A DNA stretch of 29,319 bases from a virus (lineage: Duplodnaviria; Caudoviricetes): the IMG/VR virus record IMGVR_UViG_3300020045_005072, positions 1 to 29,319 of that record; one strand, 5' to 3'. Position numbers and translations under genes: made by a program. The notes beneath the pieces were generated by a model. The model saw only the letters and a list, made by a program, of their open reading frames with translations. It was not told the DNA's origin and did no database searches. Positions 7,698 through 16,419 of the stretch are shown here, in pieces (position 1 is the stretch's first letter; every line of letters begins with the position of its first letter).

Positions 7698-9855
7698 CTT
7701 GTTTTTGTGTATAAAGGCAAAAACCTCGCATACTATTACCAAATTTAGTATAAGTTTTATTTTCTAATTTGTTTTTAGTGATTATATCTTTTACATCGTA
7801 TTTAGTAACTACAAAGTTTGCAATACCATTAAGAAAATTTAATATCTGACCTTGATTTAAAATTACTTCGATATCAAAGAATTTATTTCTTTCAAGTGAA
7901 AAGTTTTCAAAAAATAAATCTTCAACTGGCATATTCTCTATATTTTTAATTGTGTTGTTTTGCAAGAAATCAATATCTTCATTTGAAAATATTTTCCAAT
8001 CAAATCCATTTTTGTAAAGTTGATACGCTTCTAACCATAAATTAGCGGTGTTTAATGAAATTAAACGATTGTAATCAATTTTTTCAACGTTTATAGGTAA
8101 TATACGTCTATTACCAGTTACGTCTTTTAAAACGTCTTTTTCGTTACTTGTTCCACATAAAGAAGCGCGCCTTTTTAACTTAGCGTAATAGCTCGAATAA
8201 GGTAAACGAATATCAACCATATTTGTATCAGCTACTTTTTTAAAATCTTTTACGTCACGTGTTGCAAGTCCACCAAACTCATCATCTAAAACTAATAAAC
8301 CTTTAACAAGATTGTAAATACTATCTTTATCCTTTGCGTCTATTTTATGTTCAATCAAATACTTTTGTAAATCGGCTGGTAATAAGTTTCTAAAGAATGA
8401 TGTTTTTCCAGTGCCTTGTTTTTGACCGCAAAGAACTAATGTTAAAGGCGAAACTTTAGGTTCATTTATTGGAGCTAACCAATTGTGAACACAACCAACA
8501 ATCCATTTTTTAAAAGCCCAATTATTATATTCTGAGTTTGGTTCTATGCAATTAATATAATCATCAATAACGCTTTCTGAGTTTTCGTGTAGGTTACTTT
8601 TAAAGAACTCAGTTAACGGATTAAATAAAGCGGTATGTTCTGAATTAATCATATCGCGAACGTCTGACTTAGTTGGTGCGAAATCTAAATAATTTTTACA
8701 CGCAAAGTAAATAGTATTAAGTTTTACATCATCGAGTAATTGACCATTAATAAATATTTCATTAGTGATACTATCTTTTACTGGATTATAATTTTCGTAA
8801 ATAAAACTTTGTAGTTTTTTTGAATCAGTTAATGTTTCGTCTAATTGCTTAAAATCTTTTTTGCTATCAATTAAAAATTTAATTAAATCATCATCTGCAT
8901 CAGTAATGTTATTTATTTTTTCAAGTGATTTTTTTACACTTTCAATAGTTGGTGTTCCTTGACTTTTAGCAACCGAAACCCGATTTATAATAGTTTCCGT
9001 TTTTTCGGAATAAAGTTTTAACCCTAATTCTTTAGCGTAAAAATAAATAGTAGATATTGAAACTTGACCAGAACCTTTACAAAAGTTTTTATAGTGCCTT
9101 TCAATTTTGTTAGCATCGTATTTTGAACCATATTTACAAATAGCATCAAAATAAGTAAATCCACTTTCTCCAAATTTAGAAGCTATTCCAAAACCTATTC
9201 TAACATACCTATCATAATCATCTTGACATAAATCTATTTGTTTATCTTGTATTTGTGAAAGTATATTTTGAAAATCATCATTAACAAAAACAAAATTATG
9301 TACTTTTTCTTTTTTTACAACTTGTTTAGCTATGAACTTTTTTGAGTTTTCATTTAAAAACAAATAAGGATCATAAGATATAAAGCGCAAACGATTTTTG
9401 TTTTTACAACTTGGGTCAATAGCTACGTTAAAATTATCCCAATAGTACTGAGCTAATTCATTAAAACTTTCTAAAAACTTGTTAGGGTTTATTTTAACAA
9501 ACACACAAAGTCCATCGCCACCAAAAGAACGGTGTGACAACATTGTATATTTATCATTGTTGATTTGATTAAGTAAAGTTAAGTCAACATCATCATCAAT
9601 ATCAATAACAATAAGTCCGTTTAACTCTTCAATATTATCAGCGGTTTTACTTCCGTTTTTCATTACTGCCGAACCAGTTATAACTGGAGCTTTTAATTTG
9701 CATTGAGAATAAGCGTCTTTATCTGACTTTACGGAACGTGCTTTAATTACCAAATCTTGATAAGTCCCTTTTTGAACCATATCAATATAATCTTGAATAT
9801 CAATATCGATTTTATCAATACTTTTTGCTGTTGGATATTTACTAAATTTTATCAT
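7693..9855 (-). CDS. Primase-helicase: BT4734/VirE N-terminal AEP-like domain, PriCT-2, VirE/VapE-type P-loop helicase
   Basis: N-terminal GLIVIDID, S.GG.G, D.SCKN..RLRF.SYDP; middle Y.R..RIGF.IA (PriCT-2-like); Walker A GQKQGTGKT, Walker B LDDE, R.PY, SLCGTSN, D.TGNRR. Confidence 0.88.
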   Translation of the reverse strand: MIKFSKYPTAKSIDKIDIDIQDYIDMVQKGTYQDLVIKARSVKSDKDAYSQCKLKAPVITGSAVMKNGSKTADNIEELNGLIVIDIDDDVDLTLLNQINNDKYTMLSHRSFGGDGLCVFVKINPNKFLESFNELAQYYWDNFNVAIDPSCKNKNRLRFISYDPYLFLNENSKKFIAKQVVKKEKVHNFVFVNDDFQNILSQIQDKQIDLCQDDYDRYVRIGFGIASKFGESGFTYFDAICKYGSKYDANKIERHYKNFCKGSGQVSISTIYFYAKELGLKLYSEKTETIINRVSVAKSQGTPTIESVKKSLEKINNITDADDDLIKFLIDSKKDFKQLDETLTDSKKLQSFIYENYNPVKDSITNEIFINGQLLDDVKLNTIYFACKNYLDFAPTKSDVRDMINSEHTALFNPLTEFFKSNLHENSESVIDDYINCIEPNSEYNNWAFKKWIVGCVHNWLAPINEPKVSPLTLVLCGQKQGTGKTSFFRNLLPADLQKYLIEHKIDAKDKDSIYNLVKGLLVLDDEFGGLATRDVKDFKKVADTNMVDIRLPYSSYYAKLKRRASLCGTSNEKDVLKDVTGNRRILPINVEKIDYNRLISLNTANLWLEAYQLYKNGFDWKIFSNEDIDFLQNNTIKNIENMPVEDLFFENFSLERNKFFDIEVILNQGQILNFLNGIANFVVTKYDVKDIITKNKLENKTYTKFGNSMRGFCLYTQKQE

Positions 9856-11503
9856 AATATTGTTGTAATTTTTCTTTTAATTTTGATTTTAAATAATTTA
9901 ATGTTCGGTTTGTTTTACTTGGTAGTGAGTTGAAAATTTTAATAAAAGGTTCTCCTAAGATACGATTAATTCTTTTATCAAAAGTTCCATTTAGTAATGA
10001 TTTTTGATAGCTTCCAAAAGTAACACTATTTTTTACAAATAAGTCAAACGTTTGATTAATAAGTATTTTAAAAGCGAAATTTATATCTTCATTAATTGAT
10101 TTAACGTACTTTATAATTTTTTCGCCACTCGGATATATTTGTTTTACTTTAACTGCCGTTATTTTATTTGTAACTATTTCAACTTCTTTTTCTTCGACTT
10201 CAATTATAGGCTCTTCATAATTACAATTAGGACAAACTTTTTCTGACTTCATTTTTAAGAATCCGCAATTGTTACACTCATTAATATCATCTAAACTTTC
10301 TTTTAATTGCTTGGGCGGTTTCAATCCCTTAAAAAATATCTTTTCCCAATTCCTTGTTTTATCTGACCACATTCCTAATCTATCAGAGTTGCCACCGCCA
10401 TCAATGAATATAAATTTATCTTTGTAAACTTTTTTAGTAGGTCTTGCACCACGTCCAGCAATTTGAATAAATAATGATAGTGAAGCGGTAGGACGTGCCA
10501 TAATAATTGCTTCAACATCATCAACATCAAATCCTTTAGTAAAGCAAGAAACATTTAAAAGTATTGCATCACGTTCATTTTCAAACCATCGTATTAAAGG
10601 CTTTCTTTCGCCTTTTTGGTTATTTACGGAATCATACATTTTTACATTATATCCTTTTTCTTTAAACATTTCGTAAATCAAAAGATTAACTTTAGTTGAA
10701 GCGGTAAATATCATTGTCTTTTTCCCAAAACAAAGTTTTTCGTAGTTGTGCATAATGTCAATTTGTACCTCTTCTTTTTCGTAAGTTTGAGCAATTGATT
10801 CAGCGGTAAATTCTCCATCGCTACCAGTCTTTAAACTTGAAGTATTAACCGAAATTGAATAAAGTTCCTCATCTACTAAAAAGTCATTGTCTATTAAATA
10901 ATCAATTCCAACACCCACAACAATATCATCATAAACGTCAGACATAGTTTCTTCTTTTGTCCAAACTTTCATTTCATAACCGCAATGAGTTACGTTTTCA
11001 AGTTCTTTTAAAAATGGTAATTCTGTATTACATTCGTTGCATTTATAAAATTTAGTTCTTCTAAGTCTTACTGGTGTTGCAGTAAATCCAATAATTTTAC
11101 AATCTTTTACATAGTCGAATATTTTATTAAATATCCATACGTGAGCCTCATCAATTATAAGATAATTAAATCTTTCAATTAAATTGGGCTTCTTTTGTAA
11201 ACGATTAAATAAAGTTTGCGCCATAGAAACGACAACTTTATTATTAGGAAATATTTTATTTTTACTTTCAAAAGTAGCTACATCAACACCTTGTTTTAAA
11301 AATGTTTTATATGTTTGAGTAACCAAATCTTCACTATCAACTAAAATTAAAGTATCGCTATTTAGTTGTTTTGTTAGTTCGGTAAAAATAACCGTTTTTC
11401 CAGAACCTGTTGCTGCTTGAACACAAAGTTTGTCAAATAGTTTTATTTTATATATAATTTTATCTAATAAATCTTGTTGATATGGTCTTAAAATCTTTTC
11501 CAT
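9842..11503 (-). CDS. SF2 DEAD/DEAH-box helicase with C-terminal Zn finger
   Basis: LRPYQ, ATGSGKT, IIDEAH, GFTATP, KGFD, QIAGRGAR, C-terminal CNNC...CPNC. Confidence 0.93.
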   Translation of the reverse strand: MEKILRPYQQDLLDKIIYKIKLFDKLCVQAATGSGKTVIFTELTKQLNSDTLILVDSEDLVTQTYKTFLKQGVDVATFESKNKIFPNNKVVVSMAQTLFNRLQKKPNLIERFNYLIIDEAHVWIFNKIFDYVKDCKIIGFTATPVRLRRTKFYKCNECNTELPFLKELENVTHCGYEMKVWTKEETMSDVYDDIVVGVGIDYLIDNDFLVDEELYSISVNTSSLKTGSDGEFTAESIAQTYEKEEVQIDIMHNYEKLCFGKKTMIFTASTKVNLLIYEMFKEKGYNVKMYDSVNNQKGERKPLIRWFENERDAILLNVSCFTKGFDVDDVEAIIMARPTASLSLFIQIAGRGARPTKKVYKDKFIFIDGGGNSDRLGMWSDKTRNWEKIFFKGLKPPKQLKESLDDINECNNCGFLKMKSEKVCPNCNYEEPIIEVEEKEVEIVTNKITAVKVKQIYPSGEKIIKYVKSINEDINFAFKILINQTFDLFVKNSVTFGSYQKSLLNGTFDKRINRILGEPFIKIFNSLPSKTNRTLNYLKSKLKEKLQQYYDKI

Positions 11504-12102
11504 TATAAAAATTTAAAAGTTAAACCATAAGCGTAAGGATAAATATTTCTGCAACTTAAACTTATGCTTTTTCTATCATATCCAAGCACTCTACTACATT
11601 CTCTTATAGATTCAAATTCATAAAGTTTTTTTTGCGAGTTATAGTCAAAAACTCCTATTTTTTTCTTTTTACTTTCATTTAATAACCTTAATTTATTATT
11701 ATTAAACTCATTTTTTTTAAGAGATTGTGAATGCTTTAAACGTGTTTCTAAACTTTTTTTTGGTACTTTTAATCTTGCTAAAGACATTTTTTGTTTAGTT
11801 TCATTACAAAGTTTTCCACTTCTATCGTTTGTTTTAACTAAAACACAATTCAAACCATTTTTAGTAATGACAGAATATAAATCTTGATAAAATCTTTCTT
11901 TATCATTTAATTCACTTTCTAAACACTCGCAAACAATTTCAAAATTATGATTATCAACACCATACTTTAAAAAAGATGCATATAGTATTTTTTGACCTTT
12001 GCAATTCAATCTATTATAATCGTAAAATCTTTTTTCAATATTAATACTTTGACCTATATAAATTCTTTTATTAGGACTTGTAATTTTGTATATTCCTATC
12101 AT
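11503..12102 (-). CDS. Free-standing GIY-YIG homing endonuclease with NUMOD-type DNA-binding domains
   Basis: MIGIYKITSP...IYIGQS...R, ETKQKMS (NUMOD3-like), FESIRECSRVLG (NUMOD1-like). ATG at 12100-12102 is preferred because the ORF-track start lies inside a hairpin. Confidence 0.9.
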   Translation of the reverse strand: MIGIYKITSPNKRIYIGQSINIEKRFYDYNRLNCKGQKILYASFLKYGVDNHNFEIVCECLESELNDKERFYQDLYSVITKNGLNCVLVKTNDRSGKLCNETKQKMSLARLKVPKKSLETRLKHSQSLKKNEFNNNKLRLLNESKKKKIGVFDYNSQKKLYEFESIRECSRVLGYDRKSISLSCRNIYPYAYGLTFKFL

Positions 12103-12109
12103 AATATTT

Positions 12110-12213
12110 AAAAAAGAGAAAACCCTCAACACGATGCACTACTATCGGTCGAGGGTTTCTCGGTTACATTGTTTTCACAACGTTATACTTTATGTCGGTA
12201 GTGCAACGACATT
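12110..12213 (-). ncRNA. Structured 5' leader RNA A (three hairpins, loop-loop complementarity, terminator-like end)
   Basis: ATGTCG-TTGCACTAC-CGACAT; ACGTTGT-GAAA-ACAATGT; GAGAAACCCTCGAC...AGTAGTGC...GTTGAGGGTTTTCTC followed by T6. Confidence 0.65.
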
Positions 12214-12214
12214 A

Positions 12215-12222
12215 CAAACCTA
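12215..12222 (-). promoter_or_regulatory. Bacteroidota -7 promoter element TAGGTTTG
   Basis: Matches TAnnTTTG; intergenic; immediately precedes leader A. Confidence 0.65.
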
Positions 12223-12229
12223 CAAAAAA

Positions 12230-12260
12230 TAATCCGAACTTAAAAATTAAATTCGGATTA
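12230..12260. promoter_or_regulatory. Inverted repeat TAATCCGAA-N13-TTCGGATTA (terminator for SSB or operator over the -33 region)
   Basis: Perfect 9-bp arms; followed by a T-rich run on the minus strand. Confidence 0.45.
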
Positions 12261-12300
12261 AATAAAAAGTTTTTATTAGTAAATCTAAATTAGGGTTGTT

Positions 12301-12585
12301 TCAGAAACCACCACCAACTTTCTCAACTTTCCATCCTTTAATCGAATTAAAGTATTTAGTTTCTCCTTGTGGATTAACCCACTCACGCCCTCCTAAATTA
12401 ATCGAAACTTTTACTTTATCCCCAACGTTTAAACCGTTTAATAAATCGCATTTATCTTGAGGAAACTCAATCATAATCGATTGTGGGTATTGTTCCTCTG
12501 TACTTACTACTAATTCACGTTTTTTAAATGATGCAGATACTTGTTGTTCCGCTCCTACTACTTTGATAATTCCTTCTACTTCCAT
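12301..12585 (-). CDS. DUF3127-family single-stranded DNA-binding protein
   Basis: F.KRELVV.TEEQYPQ.I.IEF.QDK...NLGGREW.NPQGETKYFNSI.GW; follows the exonuclease and annealase-like genes. Confidence 0.85.
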   Translation of the reverse strand: MEVEGIIKVVGAEQQVSASFKKRELVVSTEEQYPQSIMIEFPQDKCDLLNGLNVGDKVKVSINLGGREWVNPQGETKYFNSIKGWKVEKVGGGF

Positions 12586-12589
12586 TATG

Positions 12590-13237
12590 TTAAAATTTTA
12601 ATTTGTTAATTGATTCGTTTATTTTTTGTTGTAATGCTTCTGTATGTCTATAAATTTCAGTTACAACTTCTGAAATAGTTTTAAATACTGGTTTTGCCTC
12701 AGTTCCTATATTAACTAAACTTTCACGTGTTAACTTTGAAACGAATAATTGTTTTACGCTTTCTGGTCTGTATGAACAGAAATAAAATTTTTCTAACTTC
12801 GGATTAACCGCAAAATTATGAACGCATTGATTAATATGTTTCAATGGTATTTCGTTACTTAAGCACGTTCTAATATGCTCTTTAGCCTCAGGACATTTAA
12901 TTTCACAGCCTATAGTTGCGCACTTTGAAATTCCATCAGGAGAAACACCAAGCAGTTCATTATCTGATTGAATCCACCCAACTTCTAAAAATTCAACACC
13001 GCAATATTTTGTAAGTTCAATTCGTGCTTGTGGTTCTAAAAGTTGTCCATTTTCCATTGCATCTGATTTATAACTTTCTTCGTCCTCATCGTATGGTTCG
13101 GTTAACTCTGCTAGTAATTCAATTAGCAGAGTATCTGATTTTACAAATAATTGTTTTGAACGTGTACCTCCGATTTTCCCGTGACGTAATTCGTGCCACT
13201 CTAAACTCCCTTGTTCTAAATTATGATAGATTTTCAT
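12590..13237 (-). CDS. YqaJ/lambda-exonuclease family recombination nuclease
   Basis: EQGS.EW...R.G.I, AM..G..LEP.AR, SPDG, EIKCP motifs. Confidence 0.9.
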   Translation of the reverse strand: MKIYHNLEQGSLEWHELRHGKIGGTRSKQLFVKSDTLLIELLAELTEPYDEDEESYKSDAMENGQLLEPQARIELTKYCGVEFLEVGWIQSDNELLGVSPDGISKCATIGCEIKCPEAKEHIRTCLSNEIPLKHINQCVHNFAVNPKLEKFYFCSYRPESVKQLFVSKLTRESLVNIGTEAKPVFKTISEVVTEIYRHTEALQQKINESINKLKF

Positions 13238-13752
13238 TACTTAAGAATTAATTTTAATCTATCTTTTTCAGCTAATATTTCAGTTGTGTTTTGTTCCGAT
13301 TGTGTTAAAGAGGTCCAAGCACTTTGCAGTTCAGATAAAGTTTTTGCTTGGTTTAATCTGTACTTGCAATCAATAAGATCAATAGGCTTTGCAATTATAT
13401 CACTTGGTTTTGAAGTTGCGATACGTATTGCATCGTGAAACTCCCCAAACGCTTTAATACGTTTTGTAGTTAGTTGAATTTTTTTACCAATCATTTCCTC
13501 GATGTATTCCGTGCCGGTAACTTTTTTTAAAGTTTTACGATTGGTAGCATTAAGAATAATTGGTTTGCACTCTTCGAAAATCAAAGTAATTACTTGTTCT
13601 TCAATTTGTGATTTCTGATTAAAAACTGATTCGTTTTTAATTTCTTTAATTGTAACTATTTTATCAATAGTTTTGCCCTCTGCATCCATTAAATCCCAAC
13701 CTCCTAAATAATTAGGGTTGCGCAGTTTGTCAATGTGAGTTCTTGTTTCCAT
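13237..13752 (-). CDS. Putative single-strand annealing/recombination partner protein
   Basis: Coupled directly upstream of the exonuclease; NPNYLGGWDL and KPIILNATN.K motifs. Confidence 0.45.
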   Translation of the reverse strand: METRTHIDKLRNPNYLGGWDLMDAEGKTIDKIVTIKEIKNESVFNQKSQIEEQVITLIFEECKPIILNATNRKTLKKVTGTEYIEEMIGKKIQLTTKRIKAFGEFHDAIRIATSKPSDIIAKPIDLIDCKYRLNQAKTLSELQSAWTSLTQSEQNTTEILAEKDRLKLILK

Positions 13753-13768
13753 AATTTCTAATTTTAAT

Positions 13769-13912
13769 TTATTTATCTAATTTTTTAATTATACACGCAC
13801 ACACTATAAGTCCTAAAAATACCAATGCGAAAAATCGGTAATCATAAAACGCTCCTAAAATAACACCTATTGCGGATGTTACGCAACCTAGTAGAAATGT
13901 TGTTTGTTTCAT
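13769..13912 (-). CDS. Small two-TM membrane protein, 47 aa (not in ORF track)
   Basis: MKQTTFLLGCVTSAIGVILGAFYDYRFFALVFLGLIVCACIIKKLDK. Confidence 0.6.
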   Translation of the reverse strand: MKQTTFLLGCVTSAIGVILGAFYDYRFFALVFLGLIVCACIIKKLDK

Positions 13913-13914
13913 AT

Positions 13915-14196
13915 TTATTGTTTTTTAGTATAATATCCTTTACCAGTATGTTTTCTTGGATATTCGAATATTTCATTTAACATACTTTCATTTACATTTT
14001 TTCTAAACAATTGTGTTTTGCCTTTTTTAGGATGATTTAAACAAGTAGAAACAGTCATTTTTGATAAATAAATGTTAATTCTTGTTGAGCCGTCAGAATA
14101 AGATATTAATCCTATATTTTCTTGAAAATCAATTTTATTAAAACTATTTTTATTTGCAATAGTCTCAATTTTCTCTAAAGGTATTAAGTAATTCAT
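13915..14196 (-). CDS. Conserved-looking hypothetical protein, 93 aa
   Basis: RINIY...TVSTCLNHPKKGKTQLFR...PRKHTGKGY motif; has its own promoter and leader RNA. Confidence 0.75.
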   Translation of the reverse strand: MNYLIPLEKIETIANKNSFNKIDFQENIGLISYSDGSTRINIYLSKMTVSTCLNHPKKGKTQLFRKNVNESMLNEIFEYPRKHTGKGYYTKKQ

Positions 14197-14210
14197 AATC
14201 TCTATTAATT

Positions 14211-14305
14211 AAAAATGCCTTACTTTTACTCACGAAACTGGAACTTTCGTTTTCAAAATAAGGCTAAATGATTTTTTTCGAGGTAGTTCCAGTACCTTTA
14301 ATCGA
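14211..14305 (-). ncRNA. Structured 5' leader RNA B (two hairpins with complementary loops, terminator-like end)
   Basis: AGGTA-CTGGAAC-TACCT and GCCTTATTTT-GAAA-ACGAAA-GTTCCAG-TTTCGT-GAGT-AAAAGTAAGGC followed by ATTTTT. Confidence 0.65.
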
Positions 14306-14309
14306 TATG

Positions 14310-14317
14310 CAAATGTA
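14310..14317 (-). promoter_or_regulatory. Bacteroidota -7 promoter element TACATTTG
   Basis: Matches TAnnTTTG; precedes leader B. Confidence 0.65.
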
Positions 14318-14343
14318 GTGAATAAAACTTATTTTGCAAGTGT

Positions 14344-14457
14344 TTACTTCCTTTTTTTCTTTTTAGGCTTAATATTCGTAGCCTTATTTCTTTCTTTACC
14401 TTTTGGTTTTGCTTCATCGTGGAAATGTTTGTTTCCGAAATATTTAGGTGTTGGCAT
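14344..14457 (-). CDS. Small basic protein, 37 aa (not in ORF track)
   Basis: MPTPKYFGNKHFHDEAKPKGKERNKATNIKPKKKKRK; typical AATAATTATG initiation region. Confidence 0.5.
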   Translation of the reverse strand: MPTPKYFGNKHFHDEAKPKGKERNKATNIKPKKKKRK

Positions 14458-14467
14458 AATTATTTAT

Positions 14468-14722
14468 TTAATTGTTAAAGTTAATTTTACTTTTGTAAAG
14501 TACAAATCCATCGTTTTTAGAATAGTTTCTAAAATCATTTTCTTTTATCAATTCTACTTGTTCAGATGAATAATATAATTCATTTCGCTTACCTCTATAA
14601 ATAGGCAATATACCCATATTTTTAATTACGTATTTTATTTTAGACTTTGAAAAAAATAATTCATCTTCTATATCTACAATTAAATAACCAATTTCTTTTC
14701 GTGTGAATGTTCCGCTTAACAT
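14468..14722 (-). CDS. Hypothetical protein (possible MerR/excisionase-like DNA-binding fold)
   Basis: 84 aa; G.LP.YRG.RN..YYS.EQVE.I resembles a MerR-type wing. Confidence 0.5.
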   Translation of the reverse strand: MLSGTFTRKEIGYLIVDIEDELFFSKSKIKYVIKNMGILPIYRGKRNELYYSSEQVELIKENDFRNYSKNDGFVLYKSKINFNN

Positions 14723-14844
14723 AACCCCAATATATTTTTAATAGTTTCAACGAGTTTTGGCGATATATTTTCAAATTTGCAATACTGAACATCGCTTTCA
14801 CGTGATTTGTTGTAAAAACGCTCTATTTTCTTTTCTGTGGTCAT
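14716..14844 (-). CDS. Small hypothetical protein, 42 aa (not in ORF track)
   Basis: MTTEKKIERFYNKSRESDVQYCKFENISPKLVETIKNILGLC; ATGA overlap with the upstream gene. Confidence 0.5.
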   Translation of the reverse strand: MTTEKKIERFYNKSRESDVQYCKFENISPKLVETIKNILGLC

Positions 14845-15143
14845 AGGTTTTCAATTAATAATCTTGCAAACTTTATATCAAAAGAATCTATTTCTGCGCT
14901 ATTTCTACCGCTTAAATCTTTAATACATTCTTTGAATTTTACTAAATAACATTTAGGACTACATACTTCGTGATGTTCTATTGAATCAACACTATCATTA
15001 CCCCATTCGTTGTGACTATGACTAAATGTATGCCACTCATCAGGAGTATATTTACCTTTATGTATTTTACCGCAAACATCACATTTTCTTGCTATTGTTA
15101 CCATTTTAACTTCGGTAACTTCTTTTCTTTCTTTTACTTCCAT
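14841..15143 (-). CDS. Zn-finger protein (CDVC...CSPKC)
   Basis: CxxC plus CSxxC, a treble-clef-like pattern. Confidence 0.65.
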   Translation of the reverse strand: MEVKERKEVTEVKMVTIARKCDVCGKIHKGKYTPDEWHTFSHSHNEWGNDSVDSIEHHEVCSPKCYLVKFKECIKDLSGRNSAEIDSFDIKFARLLIENL

Positions 15144-15146
15144 AAC

Positions 15147-15923
15147 TTACTCTTTAATTAATATTTTATATCCAAGTATTTTTTCTATTTCAGATATTGT
15201 GATTTCTTTTGGTTTTTCTTTACAAATTTCTGCCCAAGTTCCGTTGTCGAATACACACATATTATGAAAATAAAATTTATTTGATTCAACTCTAAATTCG
15301 TGTGAAAAATTATCTGTTATAATTCCAGTAGTTCCTTTTGGTGCTTTTACATTAATACCCTCTTTAAACCCTCTCTTAACCGCCTCGTTCGTAAGCGCTT
15401 CAAATACTTCTTGTTCTTCTGATAGATTTAGGTTTTTTTCAATATCTTCACTTGCAAAGTAATCTGTTTTAAAATCTCCATTTACAATACCATAATAAAA
15501 AACTTTTCTATATCCTTGACATTGTTTAATTTCAGTTATAAAAATTATACTTTTAAAATATTTTTTATTTGATTTATACCACTTCCCAACTTCCAACTCA
15601 CTCTCAAACAACTGCGGAAACTCTTTTTTAATAATAGATTCGCTGAAAGAATTGTTTTCGGCTAATTGTAATAATACTGATTTTTTTATTGGTAGGGTTT
15701 CTTCTTTGTAAGATATGATTTCGGCGTATTCTTTTTTATCATTATATCCATAACCGTATAAAAGAATGTCTTTATTATCTTTATCAATCCAAAAACTATT
15801 TAAAAATTGATATATATCTTTAGTAATATTTTTAGTTATATCGTATACTTTTTTATCCGATACACACCTAACCTCTTTTGCATTTTTAAAATACTGTTTT
15901 ACTTCTTCAATTGTTGGTTTCAT
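15147..15923 (-). CDS. Hypothetical modular early protein, 258 aa
   Basis: Long ORF in the operon; LEVGKWY, GTWAEI and EITISEIEKILGYKILI modules. Confidence 0.7.
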   Translation of the reverse strand: MKPTIEEVKQYFKNAKEVRCVSDKKVYDITKNITKDIYQFLNSFWIDKDNKDILLYGYGYNDKKEYAEIISYKEETLPIKKSVLLQLAENNSFSESIIKKEFPQLFESELEVGKWYKSNKKYFKSIIFITEIKQCQGYRKVFYYGIVNGDFKTDYFASEDIEKNLNLSEEQEVFEALTNEAVKRGFKEGINVKAPKGTTGIITDNFSHEFRVESNKFYFHNMCVFDNGTWAEICKEKPKEITISEIEKILGYKILIKE

Positions 15924-15925
15924 AA

Positions 15926-16102
15926 TTATAATTTTATTGGTTCTACTACTTCGATTTTATTTGCTTGGTTTTTTAGTTTTATGCTTGTAATTGAAAAGCA
16001 CCAATATAATAATGCTATCATTAAACTTTTTGTTTCAATGTCAAATCCAATCCCAAAATTTATTTGAGTAACGTCTTTTTGTAATCTAAAATTTAGTGTC
16101 AT
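15926..16102 (-). CDS. Small hypothetical protein, 58 aa (not in ORF track)
   Basis: MTLNFRLQKDVTQINFGIGFDIETKSLMIALLYWCFSITSIK...; fills the gap exactly. Confidence 0.55.
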   Translation of the reverse strand: MTLNFRLQKDVTQINFGIGFDIETKSLMIALLYWCFSITSIKLKNQANKIEVVEPIKL

Positions 16103-16107
16103 AGTTT

Positions 16108-16419
16108 CTAATTTAATTGTGGTTCATTTACTTTTAAACTCTCGATAATTTCTGCACATATTCTTTCAGTGTGTGCGTAGTCAAGTTTGCGGAATTTTTC
16201 ATAATTAAATGAACACTCACTAACTTTTTGACCATCTAAGTAACCTAATATTGGATTAATTATTTCTTCAAACATTAAATAACCATCACTACATATAAAT
16301 CTTATTGTATAGATTTCATTTTTTATTGGAGCTTTAACCCCTAATTCAATTTCGGCTTCTGAAACACTTGTAAAAGTATGTACACAAACCACCTTTTCGC
16401 CTATTTTAAAATTACTCAT
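16108..16419 (-). CDS. Hypothetical protein (SH3-like, FKIGEKVVCV)
   Basis: ORF track; ATGA coupling to the upstream gene. Confidence 0.7.
   Translation of the reverse strand: MSNFKIGEKVVCVHTFTSVSEAEIELGVKAPIKNEIYTIRFICSDGYLMFEEIINPILGYLDGQKVSECSFNYEKFRKLDYAHTERICAEIIESLKVNEPQLN

Noticed and set aside
11503-12213. Group I intron hosting the GIY-YIG gene
   Set aside because: The flanking helicase and SSB genes are intact and I saw no P/Q/R/S core elements; the endonuclease appears free-standing.
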